A stretch of DNA of 64,000 nt from contig CAIXPL010000025.1 in assembly GCA_903921325.1 (NCBI GenBank), positions 4,905 through 68,904 of the forward strand, read 5' to 3'. This stretch comes from an uncultured Pseudomonadota bacterium (GTDB lineage Bacteria; Pseudomonadota; Gammaproteobacteria; Burkholderiales; SG8-39). The notes under the pieces were generated by a model. It saw only the letters and a list, made by a program, of their open reading frames with translations, was not told where the DNA came from and did not search any database. How positions within the stretch are numbered: position 1 is the stretch's first letter; the number at the start of each line of letters is the position of its first letter. A program made the position numbers and the translations under genes. Of this stretch, positions 45,919-57,883 are shown piece after piece.

Positions 45919-48282
45919 TCATTGGCCGTATGGGTTGGGCATGCTCGGACTGAGGTTCGGAGAGTTCGAAGGGGTATAGCCGTAGACGCTACGTTTGAGA
46001 ACCTCAAGCGGATTGGTGCCCAGCTTGGACACCCCGTTCAGTTCCAATTGCAGGAAGAACAGTCGAGTGGACTGACTGACACCGGTCACAAACGATTGGG
46101 TCACCAGGCGCAATACCCAGCAATCGCCATTGTATTCAAAACCGAACACGGACTCGACCGCACGCCGATCCGGTATCGAGTAATTCAGGCGACCGATGAG
46201 ATAGTAGCGACCAAACACCGGCCACTGGCCAGATGCATCTACCTGCCGCAGTGGCTCATACGCGGTCACACCGGAGGCGTCCGGGACTGGGTTGAGTGCG
46301 GCGCTGGAGTAGCGATACCCCAGGTTCAACAGATGGCCTACCTCAGGTTGGTAGCGGGTTGTCAGACTGAGCCGATCGGCCTCATGCACGCTGGCAAATT
46401 GCCCCGTCACCTCAATTTGCGTTTTGGGTGTCACCTGACCAGCCACGCCCAGCAATACCGAGGACAACGTGCCGGTGCGTGGCGTCGAAGGGCTGGGGGA
46501 CTGGGCCGAATTGAGAATCACCCGCTGCTGTTCGAAATAGATCCGTTCACCGACAAAACCGCGTACCAGTTCCTGCCCGGTTTCGTCGCGGATCAGGCGC
46601 GAGGTCAACGCAGCGGTGAGCTGATTGGCATCGCTGATGCGATCTGAACCGGAATAGTAGTATTCGCTGAATATTGTTGAGTAATTGAAATCACGAATAC
46701 CGGAATCAAATATCGGCAGTGATGCCTGGTTCCGGTAGGGAATGTTCACATAGAACAGACGCGGCTCGAGGGTGTTTGAATACGCCTCACCGCCCCAGGT
46801 AACCGGCCGCTCATAGATCAATCCGGAATCCACGCTCACAATCGGCAGCACCCGATGCTGCGTCGTCTGGCCCTGCTGCACTGCGGGGTCCGATGAAGAG
46901 GCCAGATCCTCGAGGTGATACTCGGTGGCATGCAACTGAATCTTTGGTTTGAAAAATGCGCCCGGTGTTACCCAGGGCAGACCCAGGGATGGGTTGACCA
47001 ACAGGCGATCGCCGCCGGGTCCGCCAATCTGCTTGAAACGGACAAAGTCGCCATTGAATCCGACTTCAGTGCCCGCAGGACCGGGCTGCAACCCGGTCAG
47101 CGTCATCTGCGGCACGCGTTCGTAGGGTTGCGCAAGCGGGGTGCTCGAGGTGGGGTCCTGCAAGGTCTGATAGCGCTGCCAGCGGATCGATCCGGTCCAA
47201 CCGGGTGCTAGCGGAACAGTCACAAAAGCCGTTCGCGGCAGGTATACCTGGGTCGCCGAGGTGATACTGGTGGACAGCTCGCGAAAGTAATTGCCATCGG
47301 ACGCCTTGTCGATCTGCAAGCCACCAAGGACGCCGTTCCAGTGAAATTCATTGAGCGTGTGAAAAGCATAGCGGCGGGCCCCAAACACCGGGTCATGCGG
47401 TAGAAGCTCGACATCGGCGAGGCCACTGGCATACGGTGTCAGGTAGCGGAATTCGTTGTTGTACTGAACGCCGCGCCGCTCGGTGATGCGGGTTGACAAG
47501 GTGTCGTCATAGTTGGGCGCGAGGTTAAAGTAATACGGGATCACCACCGCCGCACCGACGCTACCCTGAATGCCCATTGTCGGTGGCAGGAATCCGCTCT
47601 TGCGTTGGTCATTCAAAGGAAACGATGCCCACGGCAGCGCCGGTGTGCTGTAGCCCTTGAAGTTGAGCGAGGCGTAGCGTGCTTCGCCCACGTTGGTGCT
47701 GAAATCAAGATCAATGCGGCTCGCCCGCACAAACCAGTCTTCCTGGCTCGGCTTGCACGTGGTGAACGTCCCCTCGTCAATGCGATATTGCTCCGGCCCC
47801 TCAAACCGTAGCGCTGCGGCGTGGCCGCGCGACGTTGTCGGGGTGACCGCAACACCCCGACTGACACTCAGCCGGGGTGCGAGTTCGTAGGAAGGTGACT
47901 CGAAAATACCGGCCTGATCCTCGACCCGCAGGCGCAACCGCGGGCCGCTGATCTCGCCGCGCGAGGAGCGCAGGCGCACATCACCGGTTGCCTCCAGTTC
48001 GTCGAGGCCCGGAGAATAGAGCAGCGTGCGCGCGGTCAACTGCAGGTCACCCTTGCGCAGATCGGCGGCGCCCTCCAGCAAGATGGCGTCCTCGCCAACC
48101 GACTCGATCCGATCGCCGTTCAGGTGCAGCGGCAGCGGCGTGCGCAAATCGCCCACAGTCGAGCGCAATCGCGTTTCCATGCGTAAACCGAAGCCTTCGG
48201 CCCGTATAGGACCGGCGAGCGTGCTCAGCAGTACGAGCACGAGGCTACGGTAGGGAATGTTAAGATCTGGGCGCAAAGTCAA
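45919..48282 (-). CDS. lptD: LPS-assembly outer-membrane protein LptD
   Basis: 787 aa. Signal peptide (LVLVLLSTLAGPIRAEG), an OstA N-terminal domain and a large beta-barrel C-terminal domain. The only in-frame start is TTG 48282. Confidence 0.9.
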   Translation of the reverse strand: MTLRPDLNIPYRSLVLVLLSTLAGPIRAEGFGLRMETRLRSTVGDLRTPLPLHLNGDRIESVGEDAILLEGAADLRKGDLQLTARTLLYSPGLDELEATGDVRLRSSRGEISGPRLRLRVEDQAGIFESPSYELAPRLSVSRGVAVTPTTSRGHAAALRFEGPEQYRIDEGTFTTCKPSQEDWFVRASRIDLDFSTNVGEARYASLNFKGYSTPALPWASFPLNDQRKSGFLPPTMGIQGSVGAAVVIPYYFNLAPNYDDTLSTRITERRGVQYNNEFRYLTPYASGLADVELLPHDPVFGARRYAFHTLNEFHWNGVLGGLQIDKASDGNYFRELSTSITSATQVYLPRTAFVTVPLAPGWTGSIRWQRYQTLQDPTSSTPLAQPYERVPQMTLTGLQPGPAGTEVGFNGDFVRFKQIGGPGGDRLLVNPSLGLPWVTPGAFFKPKIQLHATEYHLEDLASSSDPAVQQGQTTQHRVLPIVSVDSGLIYERPVTWGGEAYSNTLEPRLFYVNIPYRNQASLPIFDSGIRDFNYSTIFSEYYYSGSDRISDANQLTAALTSRLIRDETGQELVRGFVGERIYFEQQRVILNSAQSPSPSTPRTGTLSSVLLGVAGQVTPKTQIEVTGQFASVHEADRLSLTTRYQPEVGHLLNLGYRYSSAALNPVPDASGVTAYEPLRQVDASGQWPVFGRYYLIGRLNYSIPDRRAVESVFGFEYNGDCWVLRLVTQSFVTGVSQSTRLFFLQLELNGVSKLGTNPLEVLKRSVYGYTPSNSPNLSPSMPNPYGQ

Positions 48283-48322
48283 CGCATGGGCTTTGCGCCA
48301 ATTCTAACCCGGCCCGCTCGCC

Positions 48323-49336
48323 ATGGCCCCCGATAGTGATGACACCCGACTGACCGAACTGCAGCAATGGCTTGCCATTTGCCTGCCAGGACGCGAATTC
48401 ACCCTCGCCAGCGCCTCGGCCGATGCCAGTTTCCGTCGTTATTTCAGGTTGACCTTCACCGACGGGCAAACGCTGATCGCGATGGACGCGCCACCGGCCC
48501 ACGAGGACTGCAGCGCATTTGTCAAGATCGCCGGGCTGATCGGCGCAGCCGGGCTGAACGCGCCGCGGGTGCTGCATTGCGATCTTACGCAGGGCTTTCT
48601 CCTGTTGAGCGATCTTGGCCGGCAGACATTCTTGAATGTGCTCAATGGTGACAACGCCGATGCTTTGTATGGCGTGGCGGTCGACGCACTGTTGCGCTGG
48701 CAGTCAGCCAGTCGCCCGGGCGTGCTGCCCGCCTACGATGAGGCACTGTTACGCCGTGAACTCGATCTGTTCCCGCAATGGTATCTGGCGACCCATCGGG
48801 GGATCGCAGTCGATGCCAGCCTGCACGGCCAGCTCGAACCGATTTTTAAACGCCTGATCGATTCTGCGCTGGCCCAGCCCTGCGTTTGGGTCCATCGCGA
48901 TTACATGCCGCGCAACCTGATGGTTTCGGACCCTGATCCGGGCATCCTGGATTTTCAGGACGCGGTTCATGGTCCGATTACCTATGACCTTGCCTCATTA
49001 CTGCGTGATGCGTTCATTTCCTGGCCCGAAGAGCGGCAGCTTGACTGGACGATCCGCTATTGGCAACGGGCGCGCGCCCTGAGCCTGCCGGTCGACGAGG
49101 ACTTCGGTGAGTTCTATCGCAGCCTGGAGTGGATGGGCCTGCAGCGGCATCTCAAGGTGCTGGGCATTTTTGCGCGCCTGAATTATCGCGACGGCAAGCC
49201 GAACTATCTGCGCGACGAGTCACGCTTTTTGGGCTATGTACGCAGCGTCGCGGCACGCTACGCCGGCTTTGGCGATCTCATGCGCTTGTGCGACCGCATC
49301 GAAGCGCGCGCGCCAGGCGTTGCTTACACGTTCTGA
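48323..49336 (+). CDS. amgK: Aminoglycoside-phosphotransferase-fold kinase, AmgK-like (anomeric MurNAc/GlcNAc kinase)
   Basis: APH-fold motifs VHRDYMPRNLM and ILDFQDA. Paired with a MurU-like gene and divergent from lptD, the arrangement described for Pseudomonas. Confidence 0.7.
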   Translation: MAPDSDDTRLTELQQWLAICLPGREFTLASASADASFRRYFRLTFTDGQTLIAMDAPPAHEDCSAFVKIAGLIGAAGLNAPRVLHCDLTQGFLLLSDLGRQTFLNVLNGDNADALYGVAVDALLRWQSASRPGVLPAYDEALLRRELDLFPQWYLATHRGIAVDASLHGQLEPIFKRLIDSALAQPCVWVHRDYMPRNLMVSDPDPGILDFQDAVHGPITYDLASLLRDAFISWPEERQLDWTIRYWQRARALSLPVDEDFGEFYRSLEWMGLQRHLKVLGIFARLNYRDGKPNYLRDESRFLGYVRSVAARYAGFGDLMRLCDRIEARAPGVAYTF

Positions 49337-50020
<684 letters not shown>

Positions 50021-50165
50021 CTCTGCCTGTTTGCGCTGCGCACGGTCCAGGCCGATGGCTGAATCAGGGACATTGGCTCACAATAACAAGCCGAAGCCGT
50101 TGGGCCATCGAGACGTTTGACTCACGCCTCCCTTTCACTTCACTCAGACCTTGCCCGCCACCGCC

Positions 50166-51491
50166 ATGACCGCCTCTGTCTCATCGCAACACGCTGCGCG
50201 TCGCGCCCGAGTCCTCGCTTCAATCGGAGCGGCGGTGGCAATTGTGCCCACCGCGCCGGAGCGGACACGCAACCGCGACAGTGACCACCCGTATCGCTTC
50301 GACAGCTATTTCCACTACCTGACCGGCTTTGGCGAGCCCGAGGCCGTTGTAGTGCTGATCGGCGGGGAAAGCCCGCGGCAGATTCTGTTCTGTCGCGACA
50401 AGGACGAGGAGCGCGAAATCTGGGACGGCTACCGACTGGGTTTCAAGGCGGCGCGCGAGGCGCTTGGATTCGATCAGACCTTTGCCATCGGCGAGCTGGA
50501 TACGCAGATGCCTCTGCTGCTCGCGAACCAGGCAGCGCTGCACTTTCCGGCCGGCGCCGACCCAGCCTGGGACACGCGCGTTTTCGCCTGGCTCAATCAG
50601 GTTCGCGCGCAGGCACGCACCGGTGTGAGCGCACCGACGCAACTGATCGACATTCGTGCATTGCTTGATTCAATGCGATTGATAAAAGACGAGCACGAGC
50701 TCACCCTCATGCGCCGCGCGGCTCATATCTCGGCTGATGCTCAGGTTCGCGCGATGCGCGCAACCCGGCCTGGTTGCATGGAATATGAGATCGAGGCCGA
50801 GCTATTGCATGAGTTCAGGCGCCGCGGCTCGCAGTCTCCGGCCTACACGTCGATTGTCGCCGGGGGTGCCAATGCCTGCGTCTTGCATTACCGTGAAAAC
50901 AACGCCTTGCTCAAGGAGGGTGACCTGCTGCTGATCGATGCCGCTTGCGAACTCGATGGCTACGCCGCAGATATCACCCGAACGTTTCCAGTCAATGGTC
51001 GTTTCAGCCCCGCGCAGCGCGACATCTACACGCTGGTGCTCGACGCTCAGCACGCGGCGATCGCCGCAGTACAACCGGGTCGCGGATTCAACGACCCACA
51101 CGAAGCCGCCGTGGCGGTGCTTGCCCAGGGCCTGATTGATCTCGGGCTGTGCCACGGATCGCTCGACACGGTGATCGAGTCGGCCAGCTACCGCCAGTTC
51201 TACATGCATCGCACCGGACACTGGCTTGGCATGGACGTCCATGATGTCGGCGAGTATCGCGAGTCGGGCCAGTGGCGGGCCTTGTCCGAGGGCATGGTGC
51301 TGACGGTGGAACCGGGTCTTTATATCCGCCCGGCCGCCAATGTGCCCGAGGCGTACTGGAATATCGGCGTACGGATAGAGGACGATGTGGCGGTGTGCGC
51401 GGGTGGCTGCGAAATTCTCACCAGCGGTGTGCCCAAGCAGCCCGAGGAAATTGAAGCATTGATGAGTGAGTGCCGCGCGGCCGCATCATGA
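50166..51491 (+). CDS. pepP: Xaa-Pro aminopeptidase (M24B)
   Basis: YRFDSYFHYLTGF N-domain and M24 metal ligands (DAACELDGYAADITR, HRTGHWLGMDVHD, TVEPGLY). ATG 50166 is preferred over TTG 50151. Confidence 0.9.
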   Translation: MTASVSSQHAARRARVLASIGAAVAIVPTAPERTRNRDSDHPYRFDSYFHYLTGFGEPEAVVVLIGGESPRQILFCRDKDEEREIWDGYRLGFKAAREALGFDQTFAIGELDTQMPLLLANQAALHFPAGADPAWDTRVFAWLNQVRAQARTGVSAPTQLIDIRALLDSMRLIKDEHELTLMRRAAHISADAQVRAMRATRPGCMEYEIEAELLHEFRRRGSQSPAYTSIVAGGANACVLHYRENNALLKEGDLLLIDAACELDGYAADITRTFPVNGRFSPAQRDIYTLVLDAQHAAIAAVQPGRGFNDPHEAAVAVLAQGLIDLGLCHGSLDTVIESASYRQFYMHRTGHWLGMDVHDVGEYRESGQWRALSEGMVLTVEPGLYIRPAANVPEAYWNIGVRIEDDVAVCAGGCEILTSGVPKQPEEIEALMSECRAAAS

Positions 51492-52624
51492 ACCCCCGAT
51501 ACTCCGTTGTGATTGCCGGTGGCGGGCCGGTCGGTCTCGCGCTTGCACGCTTGCTCGAACAGCGCGGCTGCCGCACCTGCCTGATTGCACGCGCCGACAC
51601 CACAGGGGCGTTTCGACCCATTGCGCTGTCGCACGCGTCGTTTACCCTGTGTCAATCCTTGGTGCCACTGGTCGCCGACAGTCCGATACGCACCGTCGAG
51701 GTGTCGCAGCACGGTCAACCCGGACGCACCACGATGCAGGCCAGCGAACACGGTCTGGACGCGCTCGGTTATGTGATCGATTTGACGACGCTGTCCACCG
51801 CACTGGCCCACGACATGCAGCCGCCAGCGCACATCGGCAGCGTAACTGCCTGGCATCCACAGGCAAGCGACATTCGCGTCGACTGGGCCGATCCCAGCGG
51901 TCAAGTGAGCTCCGTTGACGCCCAATTGCTGGTGCTCGCCGATGGCGGGCACGGTATGCGCGCGGCCCGTGAATATGACTATCACCAGCAGGCGCTGGTG
52001 TGCTCAGTCAAACCAGAACGCGGACACGATGGCATTGCCCATGAGATTTTTACCGCCGATGGCCCCTTGGCATTGCTACCCTGCGGCGATCGCTACGCGG
52101 TTGTGTGGACGCTACCCAGTGCACAGGCCGCGCGCATGCTGGGCGCCGATGAACCGACTTTTCTCGCCGCGTTGCAAAACCTCGCCGGTGATCGACATGG
52201 CCGTCTGAGCGAACCAGGGCCGCGTCAGGCGCAGCCGCTCCTGCGGCGTCAGACGCGCTCGCAAGAGGCACGGGTGCTGCTGATTGGCAATGCAGCACAA
52301 ACCGTGCATCCGGTCGCCGGCCAGGGATTGAACCTTGGATTGCGCGATGCACTGGTCCTTGCACTGCAGGCCGCAGGCCAGGCACATACCGATCTCGGTG
52401 GTGCTGAATTCATCAACCGCTACGAGCGCACCCGCTCATTCGATCGCCATGTCACCGTCGGTCTCACCGATGTGCTGGCACGCGTGACCCGCATCGGGGC
52501 AGGCCCGGGCATGACGCTACCTGGCCTCACCCGTGGCCTGGCGCTGACCGCCCTGCAAGCCTGCCCGCCTGCCCGCCGGTTTCTGGCGCGCCGCATGATG
52601 CTCGGCGCGCGCGCCCTGCCCTGA
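51488..52624 (+). CDS. ubiH: 2-octaprenyl-6-methoxyphenol hydroxylase-type FAD monooxygenase
   Basis: VVIAGGGPVGLALA and GNAAQTVHPVAGQGLNLGLRD motifs. The ATGA overlap with the pepP stop reproduces the pepP-ubiH linkage known from enterobacteria. Confidence 0.8.
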   Translation: MNPRYSVVIAGGGPVGLALARLLEQRGCRTCLIARADTTGAFRPIALSHASFTLCQSLVPLVADSPIRTVEVSQHGQPGRTTMQASEHGLDALGYVIDLTTLSTALAHDMQPPAHIGSVTAWHPQASDIRVDWADPSGQVSSVDAQLLVLADGGHGMRAAREYDYHQQALVCSVKPERGHDGIAHEIFTADGPLALLPCGDRYAVVWTLPSAQAARMLGADEPTFLAALQNLAGDRHGRLSEPGPRQAQPLLRRQTRSQEARVLLIGNAAQTVHPVAGQGLNLGLRDALVLALQAAGQAHTDLGGAEFINRYERTRSFDRHVTVGLTDVLARVTRIGAGPGMTLPGLTRGLALTALQACPPARRFLARRMMLGARALP

Positions 52625-52720
52625 TATCGGCCGAGGACAGGTTTGTGATCAATCGTTCCGTTATACAATCACTGCCCATGCATGGCCGGTGTGCAGCAGG
52701 CCCCCTTTCTTGAGACTCGC

Positions 52721-53743
52721 ATGCAAATCGGTCCGCATTTGATGCGCAATGGACTTATCGCTGCGCCGATGGCCGGGATAACCGATCGCGCGTTTCGACG
52801 TCTGTGTCGGCGCTACGGTGCATCCCTTGCGGTCTGCGAAATGATCAGCGCATCGGGGCAACTGCGCGAAACTGCCAAATCACGCCGCCGCACCAACCAT
52901 CAGGGCGAGCAAGGCCCGGTATCGGTGCAGATTGCCGGAAGCGACCCGATTGCGATGGCCGAAGCGGCCCGCTTCAATGTCGATGAAGGCGCCGATATCA
53001 TCGACATCAACATGGGGTGTCCGGCCAAGAAGGTGTGTAACAAGGCTGCCGGCTCGGCGTTGTTGCGTGACGAGTCGCTGGTGGCGAATATTTTGCAGGC
53101 GGTGGTCGGTGCAGTGAAAGTCCCCGTGACACTGAAGTTTCGCACCGGATGGGACTTGCAGAACCGCAACGCGCTGCGCATCGCGCACATTGCCGAGGAC
53201 AGCGGTATCGCGTTGTTGGCCCTGCATGGCCGCACGCGTGCGTGCGGCTTTCGCGGCGAGGCCGAATATGCCACCATCGCTCAAGTTAAAAGAGCCACCC
53301 GCCTACCCGTGATCGCCAATGGAGATATCAATACGCCGGAGCGGGCTGCCGCGGTATTACGCGCGACCGGAGCCGACGGCGTCATGATAGGCCGCGCCGC
53401 GCAAGGCCGGCCCTGGCTGTTCCGTGATATCGCTCATTACCTGACCACCGGCACACGCCTGCCTCCGCCCCAGGCGACGGAAATACACGCCGTGTTGCTC
53501 GAGCACCTGGATGAGATTCACTCGCTGTATGGTGATGATCTGGGTGTTCGCGTGGCGCGAAAGCACACCGGCTGGTATCTGGCCGACCTGCCCGGATCGG
53601 CGGCGTTCAGGGCCGCGTTCAATCAGATCGAGAACTGTGACGGCCAGCGTGCCGCGATCGATCACTATTTCAACTGGCTGCACGACACCCGACAGGGCGA
53701 GGTCGTTCAACGACCCGATGAGAAGGAGCACGCGCTCGCATGA
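52721..53743 (+). CDS. dusB: tRNA-dihydrouridine synthase B
   Basis: Trimmed to MQIGPHLMRNGLIAAPMAGITDRAFRRL. DINMGCPAKKV motif. Overlaps the fis start. Confidence 0.92.
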   Translation: MQIGPHLMRNGLIAAPMAGITDRAFRRLCRRYGASLAVCEMISASGQLRETAKSRRRTNHQGEQGPVSVQIAGSDPIAMAEAARFNVDEGADIIDINMGCPAKKVCNKAAGSALLRDESLVANILQAVVGAVKVPVTLKFRTGWDLQNRNALRIAHIAEDSGIALLALHGRTRACGFRGEAEYATIAQVKRATRLPVIANGDINTPERAAAVLRATGADGVMIGRAAQGRPWLFRDIAHYLTTGTRLPPPQATEIHAVLLEHLDEIHSLYGDDLGVRVARKHTGWYLADLPGSAAFRAAFNQIENCDGQRAAIDHYFNWLHDTRQGEVVQRPDEKEHALA

Positions 53744-53982
53744 AAGCACACACCAACGAGATCGGCGAATGCGTGCGCCGCTCGCTAGAACGCTATTTCA
53801 AGGATCTTGACGGGGCGAAAGCCTGCGCCATCTATGACATGGTGCTCAAGAATGTTGAAAAGCCGATGATTGAATCGGTGCTTGACCATGCCGAGGGCAA
53901 TCAGACCGTGGCTGCGGAGCTGCTGGGCATTACTCGCAGCACTTTGCGCAAGAAGATCGCGCTGTATCGCATCAAGCTGTAA
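53740..53982 (+). CDS. fis: DNA-binding protein Fis
   Basis: 80 aa. C-terminal [24 protein letters not shown]. dusB-fis operon arrangement. Confidence 0.9.
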   Translation: MKAHTNEIGECVRRSLERYFKDLDGAKACAIYDMVLKNVEKPMIESVLDHAEGNQTVAAELLGITRSTLRKKIALYRIKL

Positions 53983-53996
53983 GGGTGTCACCTGCG

Positions 53997-55568
53997 ATGA
54001 ACAGCCAGCCGATCACCATACGTCGCGCGCTGATCAGCGTATCGGACAAGTCTGGTGCGACTGCCCTCGCGCAGGCACTGGCTGCGCACGGCGTGGACAT
54101 CCTGTCCACTGGCGGCACTGCCACCGCACTCGCTGCTGCAGGGATCGCTGTCACCGAGATAGCGCGCTATACCGGCGCTGCCGAAATGCTCGACGGACGG
54201 GTGAAAACACTGCATCCAAGCGTGCACGGCGGGATACTGGCACGTCGCGATCTGCCGGAGCACATGGATGCGCTGGCTGCTGCGGGCGGTCTGCCGATCG
54301 ACCTGGTGGCAGTCAACCTCTATCCGTTTGCGGCCACCGTGGCGCGGCCTGAGTGCACCTTTGCCGAGGCCATCGAGAACATCGATGTCGGTGGACCCGC
54401 GATGATACGGGCGGCGGCAAAGAACCATGATTCGGTCGTGGTCATCACCGATCCGGCCGACTACGAACCGGTGCTTGCCGAACTCAGTCAGTCAGGCGGG
54501 GTCAGCGCAAGTACCCGGTTTCGACTGGCGTGCAAAGCCTTTGCCCACACCGCGGCCTATGACGGGGCGATCGCCAACTATTTGAGTTCGCTCAATGATG
54601 ATCACTCGCGCGACGCCTGGCCCGGCACATTGACCGTGCAGTTCGACAAGGTGCAGACGCTGCGCTACGGCGAGAATCCGCATCAGTCGGCCGCCCTGTA
54701 TCGCGAGCAAAAACCTGCCATCGGGACACTGGCCTGCGCCACACAATTGCAGGGCAAGGAACTGTCCTACAACAACCTGGCCGATGCCGATGCCGCGTGG
54801 GAGTGCGCACGCGCCTTGCCGGTACCCGCCTGTGTGATCATCAAGCATGCCAATCCGTGTGGCGTCGCGACCTCAGCCAGCACCCTTGAGGCCTACCGCC
54901 TGGCCTTCAGTACCGATCCGGATTCAGCCTTTGGCGGCATCATCGCGTTCAACGCAGCCCTTGATGAGGCGAGCGCCAGCGCCGTTGCCAGTCAGTTCGT
55001 TGAAGTGGTCATTGCGCCGGATTATTCGCCTGAAGCGTTGCGTGTGTTTGAAGGCAAGCCCAACGTGCGCCTGCTGCGCCTCGACCTGCACCCGATCCAA
55101 CCGCAGATCGATTACAAGCGGATCGGCGGTGGCTTACTCGCACAGACCGCCGACGTCCATCCGCTCGATCGCGCCCGGCTCAAGGTAGTCACAGCGCGCT
55201 CGCCGCAAGCGAGCGAATGGGACGACCTGATGTTTGCCTGGACAGTGGCGCAGTTCGTTAAATCCAATGCCATCGTATTTGTCGGTGGTGGACGCACCCT
55301 GGGCATCGGCGCGGGGCAGATGAGCCGGGTGGACAGTGCCCGCATCGCCGCCATCAAGGCAGCGGCAGCCGGACTCGACCTGCAAGGGTCAGTTGCAGCC
55401 TCGGATGCCTTCTTTCCATTCCCCGACGGTCTGGAAGTCGTGCTGGAGAAGGGCGCGCGTGCGGTCATTCAACCCGGTGGCAGCATCCGCGATCAAAGCG
55501 TGATTGCGGCGGCCGATGCACGCGACGCTGCGATGGTGTTTACCGGCGTGCGCCATTTTCGTCATTGA
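53997..55568 (+). CDS. purH: Bifunctional AICAR transformylase / IMP cyclohydrolase
   Basis: [20 protein letters not shown] and C-terminal GVRHFRH. ATG 53997 is preferred over GTG 53985. Confidence 0.95.
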   Translation: MNSQPITIRRALISVSDKSGATALAQALAAHGVDILSTGGTATALAAAGIAVTEIARYTGAAEMLDGRVKTLHPSVHGGILARRDLPEHMDALAAAGGLPIDLVAVNLYPFAATVARPECTFAEAIENIDVGGPAMIRAAAKNHDSVVVITDPADYEPVLAELSQSGGVSASTRFRLACKAFAHTAAYDGAIANYLSSLNDDHSRDAWPGTLTVQFDKVQTLRYGENPHQSAALYREQKPAIGTLACATQLQGKELSYNNLADADAAWECARALPVPACVIIKHANPCGVATSASTLEAYRLAFSTDPDSAFGGIIAFNAALDEASASAVASQFVEVVIAPDYSPEALRVFEGKPNVRLLRLDLHPIQPQIDYKRIGGGLLAQTADVHPLDRARLKVVTARSPQASEWDDLMFAWTVAQFVKSNAIVFVGGGRTLGIGAGQMSRVDSARIAAIKAAAAGLDLQGSVAASDAFFPFPDGLEVVLEKGARAVIQPGGSIRDQSVIAAADARDAAMVFTGVRHFRH

Positions 55569-55662
55569 GATCGCGTCACGGGTGACACCATGATAGTGCT
55601 GGTCATCGCCACGGCGCAGGCGGGCACGCCGAAACGCAGACAGACGCGAGGTGGGTAACGCC

Positions 55663-56964
55663 ATGAAAGTACTGGTCGTAGGCTCAGGGGGGCGTGAACA
55701 TGCACTCGCCTGGAAACTGGCAAGCAGCGAGCGGGTGTCGCAGGTCTACGTCGCGCCCGGCAATGCCGGCACCGCGCGCGAGCCCAAGGTCACCAACCTG
55801 GCGATCGAATCACCCGACGCGTTGTGCGATTTCGCGCAGACCGAGGGTATCGGGCTCACCGTCGTGGGGCCGGAAGCACCGCTCGCACACGGCCTGGTCG
55901 ATCGGTTTGAAGCGCGCGGACTGCGCATCTTCGGACCGACTCGGGCGGCGGCCCAACTGGAATCATCAAAGGACTTTGCCAAGCAGTTTCTGGTTCGGCA
56001 TGGGATACCGACGGCGCGCCATGCCACTTTCTCCGATCCGGTTGCCGCGCATGCCTACGTGACGGAAAACGGCGCGCCGATTGTCATCAAGGCCGATGGA
56101 CTGGCTGCCGGCAAGGGCGTGGTGGTGGCCGCCGATGAGGCCAGTGCACATCAGGCGATCGACAGCATGCTGGTTGATAGCGCCTTCGGTGCCGCCGGTG
56201 CGCGCGTGGTGATTGAAGAATGTCTGATTGGCGAGGAAGCCAGCTTCATCGTGGTGTGCGATGGCGAGCAGGTGGTGCCACTTGCCACCAGCCAGGACCA
56301 CAAACGCTTATTTGATCGGGATCAGGGTCCGAACACCGGAGGTATGGGAGCCTACTCGCCTGCACCGGTGGTCGACGATGGGCTGCACGCCCGGGTGATG
56401 CGCGACATCATCCGGCCGACGCTTGAAGGTCTGCGTGCCGATGGAATCCGCTACCGGGGCTTTTTGTATGCCGGATTGATGATCGATTCCACAGGCGAGG
56501 CGAAGGTGCTCGAATTCAATTGTCGTCTGGGCGACCCGGAAACCCAGCCCATCATGATGCGCCTGCAAAGCGACCTGCTGGATCTGCTGGAGGCGGCCGT
56601 CGAGGGCCACCTTGAGCAAACCACGCCGCGCTGGGATTCACGTCCCGCATTGGGCGTCGTGATTGCCGCGGGCGGTTATCCCGAGTCACCGCGCCAAGGC
56701 GATCCCATTCGCGCCCTGCCAGCGAATACGGCTGATCTGCATGTCTTTCATGCCGGCACCGCGATGGCATCCGCGGCGGTCGCCGGTGAGGGCTCTGAAG
56801 CGCAGTGCGTGACCCGCGGTGGTCGCGTGCTGTGTGTCACGGCGCTGGGGGACGATCTGGCGAGCGCGGGCCGCCGCGCCTATGCCGCGATCGGCGAGGT
56901 CGCTTTTGAGGGCATGCAGTTTCGTACCGACATTGGTCACAGGGCGTTACAACATCATGGCTGA
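55663..56964 (+). CDS. purD: Phosphoribosylamine-glycine ligase
   Basis: [20 protein letters not shown]-terminus and ATP-grasp motifs. Confidence 0.95.
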   Translation: MKVLVVGSGGREHALAWKLASSERVSQVYVAPGNAGTAREPKVTNLAIESPDALCDFAQTEGIGLTVVGPEAPLAHGLVDRFEARGLRIFGPTRAAAQLESSKDFAKQFLVRHGIPTARHATFSDPVAAHAYVTENGAPIVIKADGLAAGKGVVVAADEASAHQAIDSMLVDSAFGAAGARVVIEECLIGEEASFIVVCDGEQVVPLATSQDHKRLFDRDQGPNTGGMGAYSPAPVVDDGLHARVMRDIIRPTLEGLRADGIRYRGFLYAGLMIDSTGEAKVLEFNCRLGDPETQPIMMRLQSDLLDLLEAAVEGHLEQTTPRWDSRPALGVVIAAGGYPESPRQGDPIRALPANTADLHVFHAGTAMASAAVAGEGSEAQCVTRGGRVLCVTALGDDLASAGRRAYAAIGEVAFEGMQFRTDIGHRALQHHG

Positions 56965-57883
56965 ACAGATCGATACCACAGCAGTACAGCGCTATCTGCA
57001 GGATCTGCAAGGTCACATCGTTGCAGGCCTTGAAGCACTCGATGGCAAGCAGTTTCTGCGCGATGACTGGACAAAGGATGCCGATTCACCGCTGCGCGGC
57101 AATGGTTCGAGTCGCATTCTCGAGCAAGGCAATCTGTTTGAACGTGCCGGCATCGGCTATTCGCATGTCAGTGGCACTGCGCTGCCGCCTTCGGCCACCG
57201 CCGCGCGAGCAGAACTGACCGGACGCCGCTTCGAGGCAATGGGCGTCTCAATGGTGCTGCACCCGCGCAATCCGCATGTGCCCACCGTGCACATGAATGT
57301 GCGCCTGTTCATCGCCCCGGGCAAGCACGACGCCGAAGACCCGGTGTGGTGGTTTGGCGGCGGGATGGACCTCACGCCCTATTATCCGGTGACAGACGAT
57401 GCAGTGCATTTTCATCGCACCTGCCGCGACGCCTTGCAACCCCATGGTGCCGATCTCTATCCGCGCTTCAAAGACTGGTGCGATCGCTACTTTTTTCTCA
57501 AGCACCGGGGCGAGTGCCGCGGTATCGGTGGAATCTTCTTTGACGACTATTGCAGTGCCGGATTTGCTGGCAGTTTTGCCATGCTGCGCAGCGTCGGCAA
57601 CGCTTTTCTGCCTGCCTATCGACCCATCGTTGAGCGCCGCCGCGATACGCCCTATGGCGAACGCGAACGTGATTTTCAGGCCTACCGGCGTGGCCGCTAT
57701 GTCGAATTCAATCTGGTCTACGATCGCGGCACGCACTTCGGATTGCAATCGGGCGGACGCGCCGAGTCCATTTTGATGTCGATGCCACCGATCGCGCAGT
57801 GGCGCTATGACTGGACACCAGCGCCTGGCTCAGCCGAAGCGCTGCTCACCGAACAGTTTCTCAAACCGCGCAACTGGCTATAA
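56957..57883 (+). CDS. hemF: Oxygen-dependent coproporphyrinogen-III oxidase
   Basis: Track ORF trimmed to [14 protein letters not shown] (ATG 56957, 8-nt overlap with purD). Motifs GIGGIFFDD and [15 protein letters not shown]. Confidence 0.92.
   Translation: MAEQIDTTAVQRYLQDLQGHIVAGLEALDGKQFLRDDWTKDADSPLRGNGSSRILEQGNLFERAGIGYSHVSGTALPPSATAARAELTGRRFEAMGVSMVLHPRNPHVPTVHMNVRLFIAPGKHDAEDPVWWFGGGMDLTPYYPVTDDAVHFHRTCRDALQPHGADLYPRFKDWCDRYFFLKHRGECRGIGGIFFDDYCSAGFAGSFAMLRSVGNAFLPAYRPIVERRRDTPYGERERDFQAYRRGRYVEFNLVYDRGTHFGLQSGGRAESILMSMPPIAQWRYDWTPAPGSAEALLTEQFLKPRNWL

Noticed and set aside
45803-45922. A longer SurA (478 aa) starting at an ATG that overlaps the lptD stop.
   Set aside because: It would put 40 Arg/Thr-rich residues in front of an otherwise canonical Sec signal peptide (MPRCAWMLLSALTVFVCASAWA). 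It is kept only as an alternative in the findings.
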